Part shown: piece after piece, positions 1-9,657 of the stretch
Position numbering within the stretch: position 1 is the first letter of the stretch
Layout of the letters: each line of letters opens with the position of its first letter
From: an uncultured bacterium
Lineage (GTDB): Bacteria; Omnitrophota; Omnitrophia; Omnitrophales; JACQLI01
Length of the DNA: 64,000 bases
Assembly (NCBI GenBank): GCA_964372875.1
Contig: CAYJTB010000001.1
Span: 27,860 to 91,859 of the forward strand
Direction of reading: 5' to 3'
Position numbers and translations under genes: made by a program
Notes under the pieces: model-generated
Database searches by the model: none
Seen by the model: the letters and a program-made list of their open reading frames with translations, nothing else
What the model was told of the DNA's origin: nothing

Positions 1-1
1 T

Positions 2-268
2 TACCGAAGGATTCCCAAACGCGGGTTCAATCAATTTCCCAGAAAAGAATTTGCGGTGATCAATCTTGATCTTCTCGCAACGCTTGGCGAGAGCGAAATT
101 ACGCCCGAAAAATTGGTCGAACGAGGCATTATCAAAAATTTGAAAAAAGATGTGAAGATTCTTGGCAACGGGGATTTAAAAAAGGCCCTTCACGTAAAGG
201 CGCAGCGTTTTTCCGTCCAAGCCAAACAAAAAATTGAAGCGGCCGGCGGCCAGGCGGTGGTGATTTAA
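2..268 (+). CDS. rplO: 50S ribosomal protein L15, C-terminal part (5-prime end outside window)
   Basis: Frame open from window edge; translation YRRIPKRGF...NLDLL...GGQAVVI matches L15 C-terminus; directly followed by secY as in the spc operon. Confidence 0.85.
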   Translation, partial: YRRIPKRGFNQFPRKEFAVINLDLLATLGESEITPEKLVERGIIKNLKKDVKILGNGDLKKALHVKAQRFSVQAKQKIEAAGGQAVVI

Positions 269-1623
269 TGTTACGAGCCTACGCGAATATTTTTAAAGTC
301 CCTGAGCTTACCCGCAAAGTCCTTTTTACCCTAGCGATCATCGTTGTCTACCGTATCGGGACTTATGTCCCCACCCCGGGAATTGACGGCCATGCCCTTA
401 CCCGGTTTTTTCAGTCGGTCTCCCAAACGCCCGGAGGAACGCTCTTTGGCATTATGGGAATGTTTTCTGGCGGCGCACTTCAAAAAGCCACGATCTTCGC
501 GTTGGGTATTATGCCCTATGTCTCCGCTTCTATTATTCTTCAACTCTTGACCGTCGTTTTTCCTTATTTAGAAAAATTGGCCAAGGAAGGCGAAGAAGGC
601 AGAAAAAAAATCATTCAATACACCCGTTATGGAACGGTGCTGCTTGCGATCATCCAAACTTATTTTATTTCTTTGTGGCTGGAAAATCCTAATGCCTTTC
701 AGGGAACCGTGATTGTACCCAATCCAGGCTGGGGATTCCGGCTGATGACCGTACTTACCTTGACCACCGGCACCGCTTTCATCATGTGGTTAGGCGAGCA
801 GGTGGATCAATATGGAATCGGCAATGGTATGTCCATCATCATCACGGCCGGTATTATTGAATCCATTCCCACCGCGCTTTGGCAGACCTGGGTATTAGTA
901 TCGCCTTTTGACCTTGCCCGGCAGCAGCTGAGTTATTGGAAGCTGGGGCTTTTGATCGGACTTTTTATTTTTACCGTGGTGAGCGTGATTCTTATTATCC
1001 AAGGCGAGAGAAAAATTCCTGTGCAATATGCGAAACAAATTCGGGGAAACCGGGTTTACGGCGGACAATCCACTTATCTTCCTTTGAAAGTGAACCAGGC
1101 CGGAGTGATTCCGATTATCTTTGCCCAGTCCGTGGTGCTTTTTCCGGCCACGATCGCAGGCTTTTTCCCGCACTCCGGAATTTTAAAATCAGCGGCCGGT
1201 CTCCTTGATCCAGGATCCTGGGTTTATACGACAATTTATGCCCTTTTGATTATATTTTTCACGTTCTTTTATACCGCCATTACGTTTAATCCGATTGAAG
1301 TTGCCGATAATCTTCAAAAATTCGGGGGATTCATTCCAGGAATCAGGCCCGGAAAAAATACAGCGGAGTATTTGGATTATGTCATGACCCGGATTGCGGC
1401 AAGCGGTGCGATTTTTCTAGCAGTCATTGCGCTCTTTCCTGAGCTGATTTCGTCGCCCCGGGTTTTGAATGTACCTTTTTTAGTGGCAAGCTTTTTCGGC
1501 GGTACCGGAATGCTTATCATTGTAGGTGTCGTTTTAGACACCATGAAGACGATTGAATCTCAGCTCTTAATGCGTCACTATGAAGGCTTTATTCGAAAAG
1601 GTCGTCTCCGTTCGCGGAGATAA
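268..1623 (+). CDS. secY: preprotein translocase subunit SecY
   Basis: 451 aa, ten-TM pattern, conserved SecY blocks (GIMPY, GTAFIMWLGE, plug region); spc-operon position. Confidence 0.95.
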   Translation: MLRAYANIFKVPELTRKVLFTLAIIVVYRIGTYVPTPGIDGHALTRFFQSVSQTPGGTLFGIMGMFSGGALQKATIFALGIMPYVSASIILQLLTVVFPYLEKLAKEGEEGRKKIIQYTRYGTVLLAIIQTYFISLWLENPNAFQGTVIVPNPGWGFRLMTVLTLTTGTAFIMWLGEQVDQYGIGNGMSIIITAGIIESIPTALWQTWVLVSPFDLARQQLSYWKLGLLIGLFIFTVVSVILIIQGERKIPVQYAKQIRGNRVYGGQSTYLPLKVNQAGVIPIIFAQSVVLFPATIAGFFPHSGILKSAAGLLDPGSWVYTTIYALLIIFFTFFYTAITFNPIEVADNLQKFGGFIPGIRPGKNTAEYLDYVMTRIAASGAIFLAVIALFPELISSPRVLNVPFLVASFFGGTGMLIIVGVVLDTMKTIESQLLMRHYEGFIRKGRLRSRR

Positions 1624-1636
1624 TTAGAACCGGCTG

Positions 1637-2293
1637 ATGCGCTTCGTTCTGTTCGGCCCGCCCGGCGCGGGTAAAGGGACGCACGCTCGAATCATGAGTG
1701 AAAAATGGAAGATCCCTCAGCTCGCAACCGGAGATATTTTGCGCCGGCACATCCGTGAGCAAACGGATTTAGGAAAAAAGGCGAAGGCCATTTTGGACCG
1801 GGGGGAACTGGCCCCAGACACGCTGGTCAATGAATTGATGAAAGACCAGCTGGCAAAACCAGAAGCCGGACACGGATTTATTTTAGATGGCTATCCAAGA
1901 ACGCTCGGCCAAGCGGAAACCTTGGATGATATTTTGAAAAGCCGGAATGAGAAGTTGGACGTTGCGCTTTACTTCAAGACCTCTCCGGAAGTGATCGTGG
2001 ATAGGTTAGCAGGCAGAAGGTCCTGCCCGAAGTGCGGTGCGAATTATCACATTCGCAATATTCGTCCCAAGGTGGAAGGCAAATGCGATGTTTGCGGAGC
2101 GGGTCTCATCCAGCGTTCGGATGACCGTCCTGAAACAGTGCAGCACCGGCTCGAAGTTTATGAAAAAGATACGGCGCCGCTTCTTAATTATTACAGGAAA
2201 AGCGGGCTCTTAAAAGAGATCTCGGGAGATCTGGGTGTCTCCCAGCTGCAAGAGGAACTTTCGAAAGTCCTGGCTAAAAAAGATCGCGGTTGA
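1637..2293 (+). CDS. adk: adenylate kinase (long-lid form with Cys4 zinc site)
   Basis: P-loop GPPGAGKGT, LID segment with CPKCG...CDVCG; follows secY. Confidence 0.95.
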   Translation: MRFVLFGPPGAGKGTHARIMSEKWKIPQLATGDILRRHIREQTDLGKKAKAILDRGELAPDTLVNELMKDQLAKPEAGHGFILDGYPRTLGQAETLDDILKSRNEKLDVALYFKTSPEVIVDRLAGRRSCPKCGANYHIRNIRPKVEGKCDVCGAGLIQRSDDRPETVQHRLEVYEKDTAPLLNYYRKSGLLKEISGDLGVSQLQEELSKVLAKKDRG

Positions 2294-3060
2294 TGATTCG
2301 TCTGAAATCGAAACGAGAAATTGAAATCATGGAAAAGGCGGCAATGATCTTGAGAAAAGTGTTTGAAAAATTGCATCCCGAAGTTCACCCCGGCATGAGT
2401 ACGCTGGAACTGGATGAAATTGCGGAGAAGGCTATTCAAGAGGCGGGCGGTAAATCGGCCTTTAAAGGTTACCGCGGGTTTCCTCGCACCCTTTGCGTTT
2501 CTATTAATGAAGAAGTGGTGCACGGCATCCCGTCAAAAAGCCGGTTGCTCAGAGAGGGCGATTTGGTCAGTTTAGATTTAGGCGTTTTTTATCAAGGTTA
2601 TTATGCTGATGCAGCCCGCAGTCTGGTTCTTGGAAAAGGAACGAGCGAGGCGAACCGGCTTGTACAAGTTGCCCGTGAAGCCTTTCTAGCAGGTTTTGAT
2701 GCGGTACAAGCCCCCGGCAAACGCATGGGCGATCTTTCACAGGCCGTCCAAGCGGTCGTTGAAAAAAATGGCTTCGGCGTCGTCCGCGATTATGTGGGGC
2801 ACGGCATTGGTCAAGCGATTCACGAAGAGCCGTCGGTGCCCAATTATGGAAAAGCCGGTCACGGAATTAAAATTGAGACAGGGCTTGTGATTGCGATCGA
2901 ACCGATGGTGACCGCCGGTCATCATGCGGTGGAAACGCTCCAAGACGGCTGGACGGTCGTGACCAAAGACGGCAAATGGGCAAGTCATTATGAAGATACC
3001 GTAGCTTTCACTGAAAAAGGTTTGGTCAACCTGACAGGCCCGGATGAGAGCTGGAATTAA
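2290..3060 (+). CDS. map: type I methionine aminopeptidase
   Basis: 256 aa, conserved metal ligands (DLG..D, HGIG, EPM); 4-nt overlap with adk. Confidence 0.93.
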   Translation: MMIRLKSKREIEIMEKAAMILRKVFEKLHPEVHPGMSTLELDEIAEKAIQEAGGKSAFKGYRGFPRTLCVSINEEVVHGIPSKSRLLREGDLVSLDLGVFYQGYYADAARSLVLGKGTSEANRLVQVAREAFLAGFDAVQAPGKRMGDLSQAVQAVVEKNGFGVVRDYVGHGIGQAIHEEPSVPNYGKAGHGIKIETGLVIAIEPMVTAGHHAVETLQDGWTVVTKDGKWASHYEDTVAFTEKGLVNLTGPDESWN

Positions 3061-3279
3061 ATGCCCAAAGAAGAAGCTATTGAAGTTGAAGGAACAGTCC
3101 TTGAGCCGCTGCCCAATGCTATGTTTCGTGTGAAGCTCGACAACGGGCATCTGGTTTTAGCGCATATCTCGGGCAAGATGCGCATGCATTACATTCGAAT
3201 ACTTCAAGGCGATAGGGTGAAGATAGAACTTTCTCCTTACGACTTAACACGAGGCCGGATTACCTTTAGGGTGAAATGA
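3061..3279 (+). CDS. infA: translation initiation factor IF-1
   Basis: 72 aa, S1-like OB fold sequence ([20 protein letters not shown]...RITFR). Confidence 0.95.
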   Translation: MPKEEAIEVEGTVLEPLPNAMFRVKLDNGHLVLAHISGKMRMHYIRILQGDRVKIELSPYDLTRGRITFRVK

Positions 3280-3280
3280 A

Positions 3281-3394
3281 ATGAAAGTTAGAAGCTCAGT
3301 CAAAAAAATATGTGAGAAGTGCAGGGTCGTACGCCGCCGGGGGACCGTTTATATTATTTGCGAAAACCCCAAACACAAACAGCGGCAAGGATAA
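3281..3394 (+). CDS. rpmJ: 50S ribosomal protein L36
   Basis: 37-aa ORF not in the ORF track ([37 protein letters not shown]) with the C-x2-C-x12-C-x4-H zinc ribbon; canonical position between infA and rpsM. Confidence 0.9.
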   Translation: MKVRSSVKKICEKCRVVRRRGTVYIICENPKHKQRQG

Positions 3395-3413
3395 GGAAGG
3401 ATAAAGAAAAACT

Positions 3414-3803
3414 ATGCCACGTATTCTTGGAGTTGACGTTCCAGCGGAAAAGCGGACCGAAATTGCTTTAACTTATGTTTATGGCATCGGCAATTCACTT
3501 GCGAAGAAAGTACTCGCCTTGGCCAAGATCAATCCCAATAAGCGTGCGAAAGAACTGACGGAAAAAGAAATTTATGAAATCACCAATGTGATCCAGCGCG
3601 CGGGGATTAAGGTCGAAGGCGATGTGCGCCGGGAGACCCAGCAAAACATCCGACGGTTGATTGATATTCGCTCTTACCGGGGCCAGCGCCACATCCGGGG
3701 TTTACCCGCTCGCGGGCAAAGGACTCATACCAATGCGCGGACCCGAAAAGGTCCAAGAAAGACAGTGGGCGGACTGCTTAAAAAGCCACCCGCACCTAAA
3801 TAA
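3414..3803 (+). CDS. rpsM: 30S ribosomal protein S13
   Basis: 129 aa, [10 protein letters not shown]...basic C-terminus; alpha-operon order. Confidence 0.95.
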   Translation: MPRILGVDVPAEKRTEIALTYVYGIGNSLAKKVLALAKINPNKRAKELTEKEIYEITNVIQRAGIKVEGDVRRETQQNIRRLIDIRSYRGQRHIRGLPARGQRTHTNARTRKGPRKTVGGLLKKPPAPK

Positions 3804-3841
3804 GGTTTCGTTAACGAAAAGGAGAATCATTTTAGAAAGTT

Positions 3842-4216
3842 ATGGCGACCAAGAAAAAGAAAGTTAGAAATATAACCAAAGGCGTGGTTCACATCACAGC
3901 CAGTTTTAACAACACCGTGATTACAGTGACGGATCCCCAAGGCAATGCCATTTGCTGGTCAAGCGCCGGTGCCGCGGGTTTTAAAGGATCTAAAAAGTCG
4001 ACGCCTTTTGCAGCCCAACGGGCTTCTGAGATGGCCGCCAAAAAAGCGATGGAAAACGGTCTAAAGGAAGTTGAAGTTTTTGTGAACGGTCCGGGTTCGG
4101 GACGCGAATCTGCGATCCGGGCTCTGCAAGCCGCGGGGCTCCGGGTAACGGCCATCAAAGATGTGACACCTTTGCCTCACAATGGCTGCCGTCCTCCAAA
4201 GCGGAGGAGAGTCTAA
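3842..4216 (+). CDS. rpsK: 30S ribosomal protein S11
   Basis: 124 aa, [18 protein letters not shown]...[16 protein letters not shown]. Confidence 0.95.
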   Translation: MATKKKKVRNITKGVVHITASFNNTVITVTDPQGNAICWSSAGAAGFKGSKKSTPFAAQRASEMAAKKAMENGLKEVEVFVNGPGSGRESAIRALQAAGLRVTAIKDVTPLPHNGCRPPKRRRV

Positions 4217-4842
4217 TGGCTAGGATCGTTCAAACCGTTTGCCGTCTCTGCCGCCGCGAAGGGATGAAATTATTCCTTAAAGGCATTCGCTGCACCGGAG
4301 ACAAATGCGCGATTGAAAGAAGAAACCAGCCTCCCGGACAACACGGCAGGCGCCGTCCCAAACTCTCGGATTACGGTCTGCAGCTTCGTGAAAAACAAAA
4401 GACCAAACGTATTTATGGAATGCTCGAAAAACAATTCCGCGTTTTCTTCGCCAGGGCCACGCGCGCGCCGGGCGCCACGGGCGAGAAGCTGATCGAGCTT
4501 CTGGAAAGAAGGCTGGATAATGTAGTCTACAGGCTTCATTGGGCAAGTTCGCGCCGCGAGGCCCGTCAAACGGTGAATCATAATAATATTTTTGTAAACG
4601 GCCGGGCCGTCAACATCGCATCCTTCATCGTCCGTGCCGGAGATAAGATCCAGGTTCGCAGTACAGAAAAAATGAATAAGCGAATCCGGGGGATTCTCGG
4701 GATGCTTCAAGATCGTCCTAGGGTCGAATGGCTGAAACCGGATGCTCAAGATTTGACGGCTGAAGTCTTAAGGCTCCCAACCAAGGCGGACGCAGCACTG
4801 CCGGTTGAAGAGTCGCTTATTGTGGAATTGTATTCAAAGTAA
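4216..4842 (+). CDS. rpsD: 30S ribosomal protein S4
   Basis: 208 aa, N-terminal Cys cluster, S4 domain; overlaps rpsK stop by 1 nt. Confidence 0.95.
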   Translation: MARIVQTVCRLCRREGMKLFLKGIRCTGDKCAIERRNQPPGQHGRRRPKLSDYGLQLREKQKTKRIYGMLEKQFRVFFARATRAPGATGEKLIELLERRLDNVVYRLHWASSRREARQTVNHNNIFVNGRAVNIASFIVRAGDKIQVRSTEKMNKRIRGILGMLQDRPRVEWLKPDAQDLTAEVLRLPTKADAALPVEESLIVELYSK

Positions 4843-4886
4843 AGATAAAGCACCTAACATTGTTAGGATTCTAAGGAGGAAATTCA

Positions 4887-5879
4887 ATGGGGATTCGTTG
4901 GAAAACATTTGAAATGCCGAAGCGGCTTGAGACAGAGAAATCGAGTCTCACGCCCACTTACGGAAAATTTATTGCAGAACCTTTTGAACGGGGTTATGGA
5001 ACAACACTGGGAAACGCCTTGAGGCGGATTTTAATTTCTTCCATTGAAGGGGCCGCGGTTACCTCCATCAAGATTGAAGGAATGCTTCACGAATTTTCCA
5101 GCATGGAAGGCGTGTTGGAAGACGGCGCCCAGCTTGTTCTGAATGTAAAGAAATTGATCCTTCGTTATTACGGGAAGGAACCCAAGAAGATTACAATCGA
5201 TGTGAAAAAGACGGGGGAAATCACCGCACGCGATATCGTGGCGGATGAGACCATCGAGATCATCAACCCCGGCCTTCACATTGCGACCCTTACCAAAGAA
5301 GTCCGTTTCTACATGGAAATGGATGTCGAGCGGGGCCGGGGATATGTCCTTGCCGACCGGAATAAAAAAGAGGGCTCTCCTATCGGTGCGATCCCCGTGG
5401 ATTCTGCTTTTTCACCGGTTTTGAAAGTCAATTTTTCAGTAGAAGAAACCCGCGTCGGACAGATCACGGACTACGACCGGTTGATTCTGGAAATCTGGAC
5501 GAACCTGGCGGTTAGTCCTGAAGAAGCGCTTCTCTATGCCTCCAATATCATGCAGCGGCACCTTGACATTTTTGTCAATTACGGCAACCTGCCGCACGAA
5601 GAGGAGGAAGAGGAGGAAGAGGACAAGGAATTTCTGGATATGATCCGCAAGCCCATCAGCGAGCTTGAGTTGTCTGTGCGCAGTGCCAATTGTCTTGAGG
5701 CCGCAAACATTAAGACGATCGGGGATCTTATTCAAAAGGCTGAACCTCAAATGCTCAAGTATAAAAATTTCGGGAAAAAATCTTTAGCGGAAATTACCGC
5801 CATTCTCACGACGATGAATCTTTCGCTCGGAATGAGTATCGAAGAACGGAAGAAAAAGAAAAAAGCCGTAACAGCCTAG
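4887..5879 (+). CDS. rpoA: DNA-directed RNA polymerase subunit alpha (NTD-CTD linker is a poly-Glu tract EEEEEEEEDKE)
   Basis: 330 aa; alpha-NTD dimerisation motifs and alpha-CTD (SVRSANCL...IGDL); RBS AAGGAGG upstream. Confidence 0.95.
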   Translation: MGIRWKTFEMPKRLETEKSSLTPTYGKFIAEPFERGYGTTLGNALRRILISSIEGAAVTSIKIEGMLHEFSSMEGVLEDGAQLVLNVKKLILRYYGKEPKKITIDVKKTGEITARDIVADETIEIINPGLHIATLTKEVRFYMEMDVERGRGYVLADRNKKEGSPIGAIPVDSAFSPVLKVNFSVEETRVGQITDYDRLILEIWTNLAVSPEEALLYASNIMQRHLDIFVNYGNLPHEEEEEEEEDKEFLDMIRKPISELELSVRSANCLEAANIKTIGDLIQKAEPQMLKYKNFGKKSLAEITAILTTMNLSLGMSIEERKKKKKAVTA

Positions 5880-5888
5880 GAAAATTTC

Positions 5889-6485
5889 ATGTGGCATCAA
5901 AAAAGACGTAGACGATTAGGAGTCACCACTCCTCACCGCAAGGCAATGTTAAGAAATTTGGTCAGGGGTCTGGCCATGTACCGCCGGATCGAAACCACTT
6001 TGTCCCGCGCCAAGGAGACGTCGCGTTTAGCTGATAAGATGGTCACGATTGCCAAAGAAAACACGTTATCGGCCCGAAGACTCTTGATCCGCAAACTCGG
6101 ATCTCCCGTCGTCGCCAAGATTTTTATCGATGAAATCGCCCCGCGTCTTCAAGGGCGAAACGGCGGTTACACGCGCGTTTTAAAATTGGGTCTTCGCCGG
6201 GGTGACGGCGGCCAGACCGCTTTGGTGGAGTTTTCTGTTCCCATCGAGATCGCCACCAAAGAAGGAAAGCCCAAGAAAGAGAAAAAGTCAAAGCCCGGCA
6301 AAGAAATTGTCGAGAAAGAACAGGCTAAGCCGCGTCCTGAAAAAACGAAAGAAAAAGAAGAAATCAAGGAAGCGAAAAAGCCTGAGAAAAAAGAGACGAA
6401 GCCTGTTGACAAGGAAGAAACACAAAAAAGGGGAGGCTTTCTCTCCAAACTCCGGAAATTTCTGACCGGAGACGAACCTAAATAA
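5889..6485 (+). CDS. rplQ: 50S ribosomal protein L17 with ~75-aa Lys/Glu-rich C-terminal extension
   Basis: N-terminal ~120 aa typical L17 (HRKAMLRNL...TRVLKLG.RRGDG); tail KPKKEKKSKPGKE...KKETKPVDKEE is a low-complexity basic/acidic extension. Confidence 0.9.
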   Translation: MWHQKRRRRLGVTTPHRKAMLRNLVRGLAMYRRIETTLSRAKETSRLADKMVTIAKENTLSARRLLIRKLGSPVVAKIFIDEIAPRLQGRNGGYTRVLKLGLRRGDGGQTALVEFSVPIEIATKEGKPKKEKKSKPGKEIVEKEQAKPRPEKTKEKEEIKEAKKPEKKETKPVDKEETQKRGGFLSKLRKFLTGDEPK

Positions 6486-6521
6486 CCGAGGGCCTTGTTG
6501 ATCCCTCTTCTCGCAGAACCC

Positions 6522-7688
6522 ATGCTGTCCAAACGAATTAGCAAGGTCACGCCGTCTCTTACCCTTTCCATCACGGCTAAAGCCAAGGCCCTCAAGGCGC
6601 AAGGCATCAATGTCATCTCTTTAAGTGCCGGTGAACCTGATTTTGATACCCCTGAATTTATTAAAGAGGCCGCGATTGAAGCACTCAAAAAAGGCGTCAC
6701 AAAATATACGCCTGTGGAAGGCACGCTTGAACTTCGAAAAGCCATTGCCTCCAAACTGAAACGCGATCAGGGTCTTACGTACGGTCCGGACCAAATCGTG
6801 GTCTCAACCGGGGCTAAACACTCCATTTATAATCTCTTCCAAGTCCTCGTCGGTGAGGGTGACGAAGTTCTCATCCCATCGCCTTATTGGCTTAGTTACC
6901 CAGAGATGGTGACTTTGGCGGGCGGGCGCAGCGTTTTTATTGAGGCGGATGAAAAAAACGACTTCAAAATCACCGCCCAGCAGCTGGAAAAGGCCATCAC
7001 TCCTAAGACAAAAATCTTAGTCCTTAATTCACCGTCGAACCCCACGGGCGCGGTTTACCGGAAAAATGAATTGGAAGCCCTGATCCTCGTCCTTTTGAAA
7101 CATCCCCAGGTTTGGATTTTAAGCGACGAGATTTATGAAAAATTAATTTTTAATAACGAGGCCCATGTTTCCATTGCCTCGCTTCATCCCGAGATGGCGA
7201 AGCGGACATTGCTTGTGAATGGTCACAGCAAGGCCTATGCAATGACCGGGTGGAGAATGGGGTATGCCGCCTGCGCTAAAGAAGTTGCCGAGGCTGCGGG
7301 AACACTTCAAAGTCACTCCACTTCCAATGCTACTTCTTTCGCCCAGTCAGGGGCGGTCGTCGCTTTAGACAAAGGGGATGCAGAGGCAAAAAAAATGTGT
7401 CAGGTTTTTGAAAAAAGGCGGGACCTTTTTGTTTCGGAATTAAAAAAGATTCCCAAGCTCAAACCCTTTTCTCCACAAGGCGCTTTTTATCTTTTCGTAA
7501 ATATCGAAGCCACGGGCATGGATTCCATGGTTTTTTCGGAACGCCTTTTAGAAGAGGAGCGGGTGGCTGTCGTTCCCGGAAAAGTTTTCGGCAGTGACCG
7601 CCACATCCGTTTATCTTTTGCCTGCTCCGAAAAGGATATCTTGGAAGCGTCTTCCCGAATCCGTCAATGGCTTGAAAAAAAGGGCTGA
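6522..7688 (+). CDS. aspartate/aromatic aminotransferase (class I PLP aminotransferase)
   Basis: MLSKRISKVTPS...GEPDFDTP, NSPSNPTG, PLP lysine context SKAYAMTGWRMGY; ORF track starts at 6495 (alternative upstream Met), 6522 fits the family N-terminus better. Confidence 0.85.
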   Translation: MLSKRISKVTPSLTLSITAKAKALKAQGINVISLSAGEPDFDTPEFIKEAAIEALKKGVTKYTPVEGTLELRKAIASKLKRDQGLTYGPDQIVVSTGAKHSIYNLFQVLVGEGDEVLIPSPYWLSYPEMVTLAGGRSVFIEADEKNDFKITAQQLEKAITPKTKILVLNSPSNPTGAVYRKNELEALILVLLKHPQVWILSDEIYEKLIFNNEAHVSIASLHPEMAKRTLLVNGHSKAYAMTGWRMGYAACAKEVAEAAGTLQSHSTSNATSFAQSGAVVALDKGDAEAKKMCQVFEKRRDLFVSELKKIPKLKPFSPQGAFYLFVNIEATGMDSMVFSERLLEEERVAVVPGKVFGSDRHIRLSFACSEKDILEASSRIRQWLEKKG

Positions 7689-7721
7689 ATAGCCCCTTTC
7701 CCCGGTCCCTCATCCTTCACC

Positions 7722-7727
7722 TGTTAT
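7722..7727 (+). promoter_or_regulatory. TATAAT -10-like hexamer upstream of mfd-like gene
   Basis: ttcacctgTTATAATct 20 nt before the GTG start; no good -35. Confidence 0.25.
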
Positions 7728-7746
7728 AATCTTCTAGAGATTTACC

Positions 7747-9654
7747 GTGGGCGGGCTTGAAAGGCTTCATGTTGGCCAGACTGTTGAACGAAGCCATTTG
7801 GAGACCCTCCTCCAGAAACTTCGTTACAAGAGGAGAGATTTTGTGTCCGGACCCGGTGAATATGCCGACCGCGGCGCCACTCTCGATATCTATCCTGTAA
7901 GTTACCGCGCTCCCATTCGTCTTAATTTCGATCTCGATACCATCGTTTCGATCCACGATTTTTCTCCCGCCGAAGGCAAGAGCCTCACCCGCTTTGACGA
8001 GGTCCTTCTCGTCCCGCTCTCGGAGCCTTTTGAATCTTCAGCCACCCGGATGCGGCAGCGTTTTCAGGCCTTCGAAGCCCTTACGGAGACGGCCGATCTC
8101 GAGCCGGGCGATTATGTGGTCCATCTCCAGTACGGCATCGCGCGCTACCTCGGAACGAAGAAGATGACGCTGAAGAAAAAGGCGGTCCGCTGCGTTGCCT
8201 TGGAGTTTGCAGATCGTGAAATCCTTTATTTGGATTCCAAAGAACCCTTGGAGCGCTACATCGGGGTTGAAGGAAAAAAACCCCGGCTTACCCGGCTTCA
8301 CTCGAAAGAATGGGAAAAAGCCAAGGCCAAGACACGGCTTGCCGTAGAAAGCGTTGCGCGAGACCTCCTTTCTCTTCAAGCGAAGCGCGAACTCTCCCAC
8401 GGCCAAACCTTTCCTAAAGACAGTGAATGGCAGAGTAAATTCGAAGAAGAGTTTCCTTTTGAAGAAACGGAAGATCAAATCAAGGCCACGGAAGACATCA
8501 AAAAAGATATGGAAGGTGCCAAGCCGATGGATCGTCTTCTTTGCGGCGATGTGGGCTTCGGAAAAACAGAAGTTGCCATGCGCGCCGCCTTCAAGGCCGT
8601 GATGGCCGGAAAACAAGTGGCCTTTTTAGTCCCCACCACGGTGCTTGCCGAGCAGCACGCCCTTGTTTTTAAAGAACGCACCCGGACTTTTCCCATCAAA
8701 ATCGAAGTCCTCTCCCGTTTTCGTTCCCGAAAAAACCAAACCGAGATATTAAAGCAACTCTGGGAAGGAAAAGTGGACGTGATCATCGGCACGCACCGGC
8801 TTTTTTCCTCCGATGTCCAGTTTAAGGACCTAGGTCTTGTCATCATTGATGAAGAACAGCGTTTCGGCGTGGCCCACAAGGAAAAATTAAAAAAGTTAAG
8901 AGAATTGGTGGATGTGCTGACCTTAACGGCAACGCCCATTCCACGCACGCTTTATCTTTCGCTGATGGGGGCGAGGGACATGTCGGTCATTAATACCCCG
9001 CCTCGCACACGACTTCCCATTGAAACTTATGTGATGGAATATGATGATCACAAAATTGCAGAGGCCATCCGCCGGGAGCTGGCGCGGGGCGGCCAAGTGT
9101 ATTTTGTCCACAACCGCGTGGCTTCTCTCCCCAGAGTTTGCGAGCATTTAAAAACCATTCTGCCGAGTGTGCGGTTTGCCGGCGCGCACGGCCAGATGTT
9201 TGCCCACGAACTGGAAAAGGTCATGAAAAATTTTCTCGAGAAAAAAATTGATTGTCTCGTCACCACCAACATTATTGAATCAGGTCTTGATATCCCTAAT
9301 GCCAATACGATCATTGTGAACCGCGCTGACCGGTTTGGTCTTGCGGATCTTTATCAGCTGCGCGGACGGGTAGGGCGGTTTGTGGGTAAGCGGCAGGCTT
9401 ACGCGTATTTTATTATTCCTCGCCATTGGGTCATGACCTTGGATGCCCAAAAAAGATTAGAGGCAATTGAGCGGTTCACGGAACTTGGAGCAGGATTCAA
9501 AATCGCCATGAAAGACCTCGAAATTCGCGGGGCAGGTAATGTTCTGGGCCATGAACAAAGCGGATTTATCTATGCGGTGGGTTTTGACCTGTATTGCCGC
9601 ATGCTCCGCAAGGCCGTGGATGAACTCAAGAACTCTCCCAAAAAGAAGCCGTGA
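7747..9654 (+). CDS. mfd: Mfd-like transcription-repair coupling factor core (lacks N-terminal UvrA-interaction domains and C-terminal D7)
   Basis: [14 protein letters not shown] (D1b-like), RNAP-interaction motif [18 protein letters not shown]2 helicase motifs [42 protein letters not shown]-like hairpin; GTG start, in-frame TAG 12 nt upstream so no longer N-terminus possible; ends 10 aa after the last helicase block. Confidence 0.8.
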   Translation: MGGLERLHVGQTVERSHLETLLQKLRYKRRDFVSGPGEYADRGATLDIYPVSYRAPIRLNFDLDTIVSIHDFSPAEGKSLTRFDEVLLVPLSEPFESSATRMRQRFQAFEALTETADLEPGDYVVHLQYGIARYLGTKKMTLKKKAVRCVALEFADREILYLDSKEPLERYIGVEGKKPRLTRLHSKEWEKAKAKTRLAVESVARDLLSLQAKRELSHGQTFPKDSEWQSKFEEEFPFEETEDQIKATEDIKKDMEGAKPMDRLLCGDVGFGKTEVAMRAAFKAVMAGKQVAFLVPTTVLAEQHALVFKERTRTFPIKIEVLSRFRSRKNQTEILKQLWEGKVDVIIGTHRLFSSDVQFKDLGLVIIDEEQRFGVAHKEKLKKLRELVDVLTLTATPIPRTLYLSLMGARDMSVINTPPRTRLPIETYVMEYDDHKIAEAIRRELARGGQVYFVHNRVASLPRVCEHLKTILPSVRFAGAHGQMFAHELEKVMKNFLEKKIDCLVTTNIIESGLDIPNANTIIVNRADRFGLADLYQLRGRVGRFVGKRQAYAYFIIPRHWVMTLDAQKRLEAIERFTELGAGFKIAMKDLEIRGAGNVLGHEQSGFIYAVGFDLYCRMLRKAVDELKNSPKKKP

Positions 9655-9657
9655 ACA

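Noticed and set aside
3889-4158. 89-aa minus ORF inside rpsK and similar ORFs inside rpsD/rpoA
   Set aside because: Antisense to ribosomal protein genes; no support.
6167-6754. 195-aa minus-strand ORF (and 6202-6465 plus, 6288-6602 minus)
   Set aside because: They lie over the Lys/Glu-rich repetitive tail of rplQ; repetitive AAG/GAA codons keep all frames open. Classic shadow ORFs.
8475-8948. 157-aa and 192-aa minus-strand ORFs inside mfd
   Set aside because: Antisense to a strongly supported helicase gene; no motifs.
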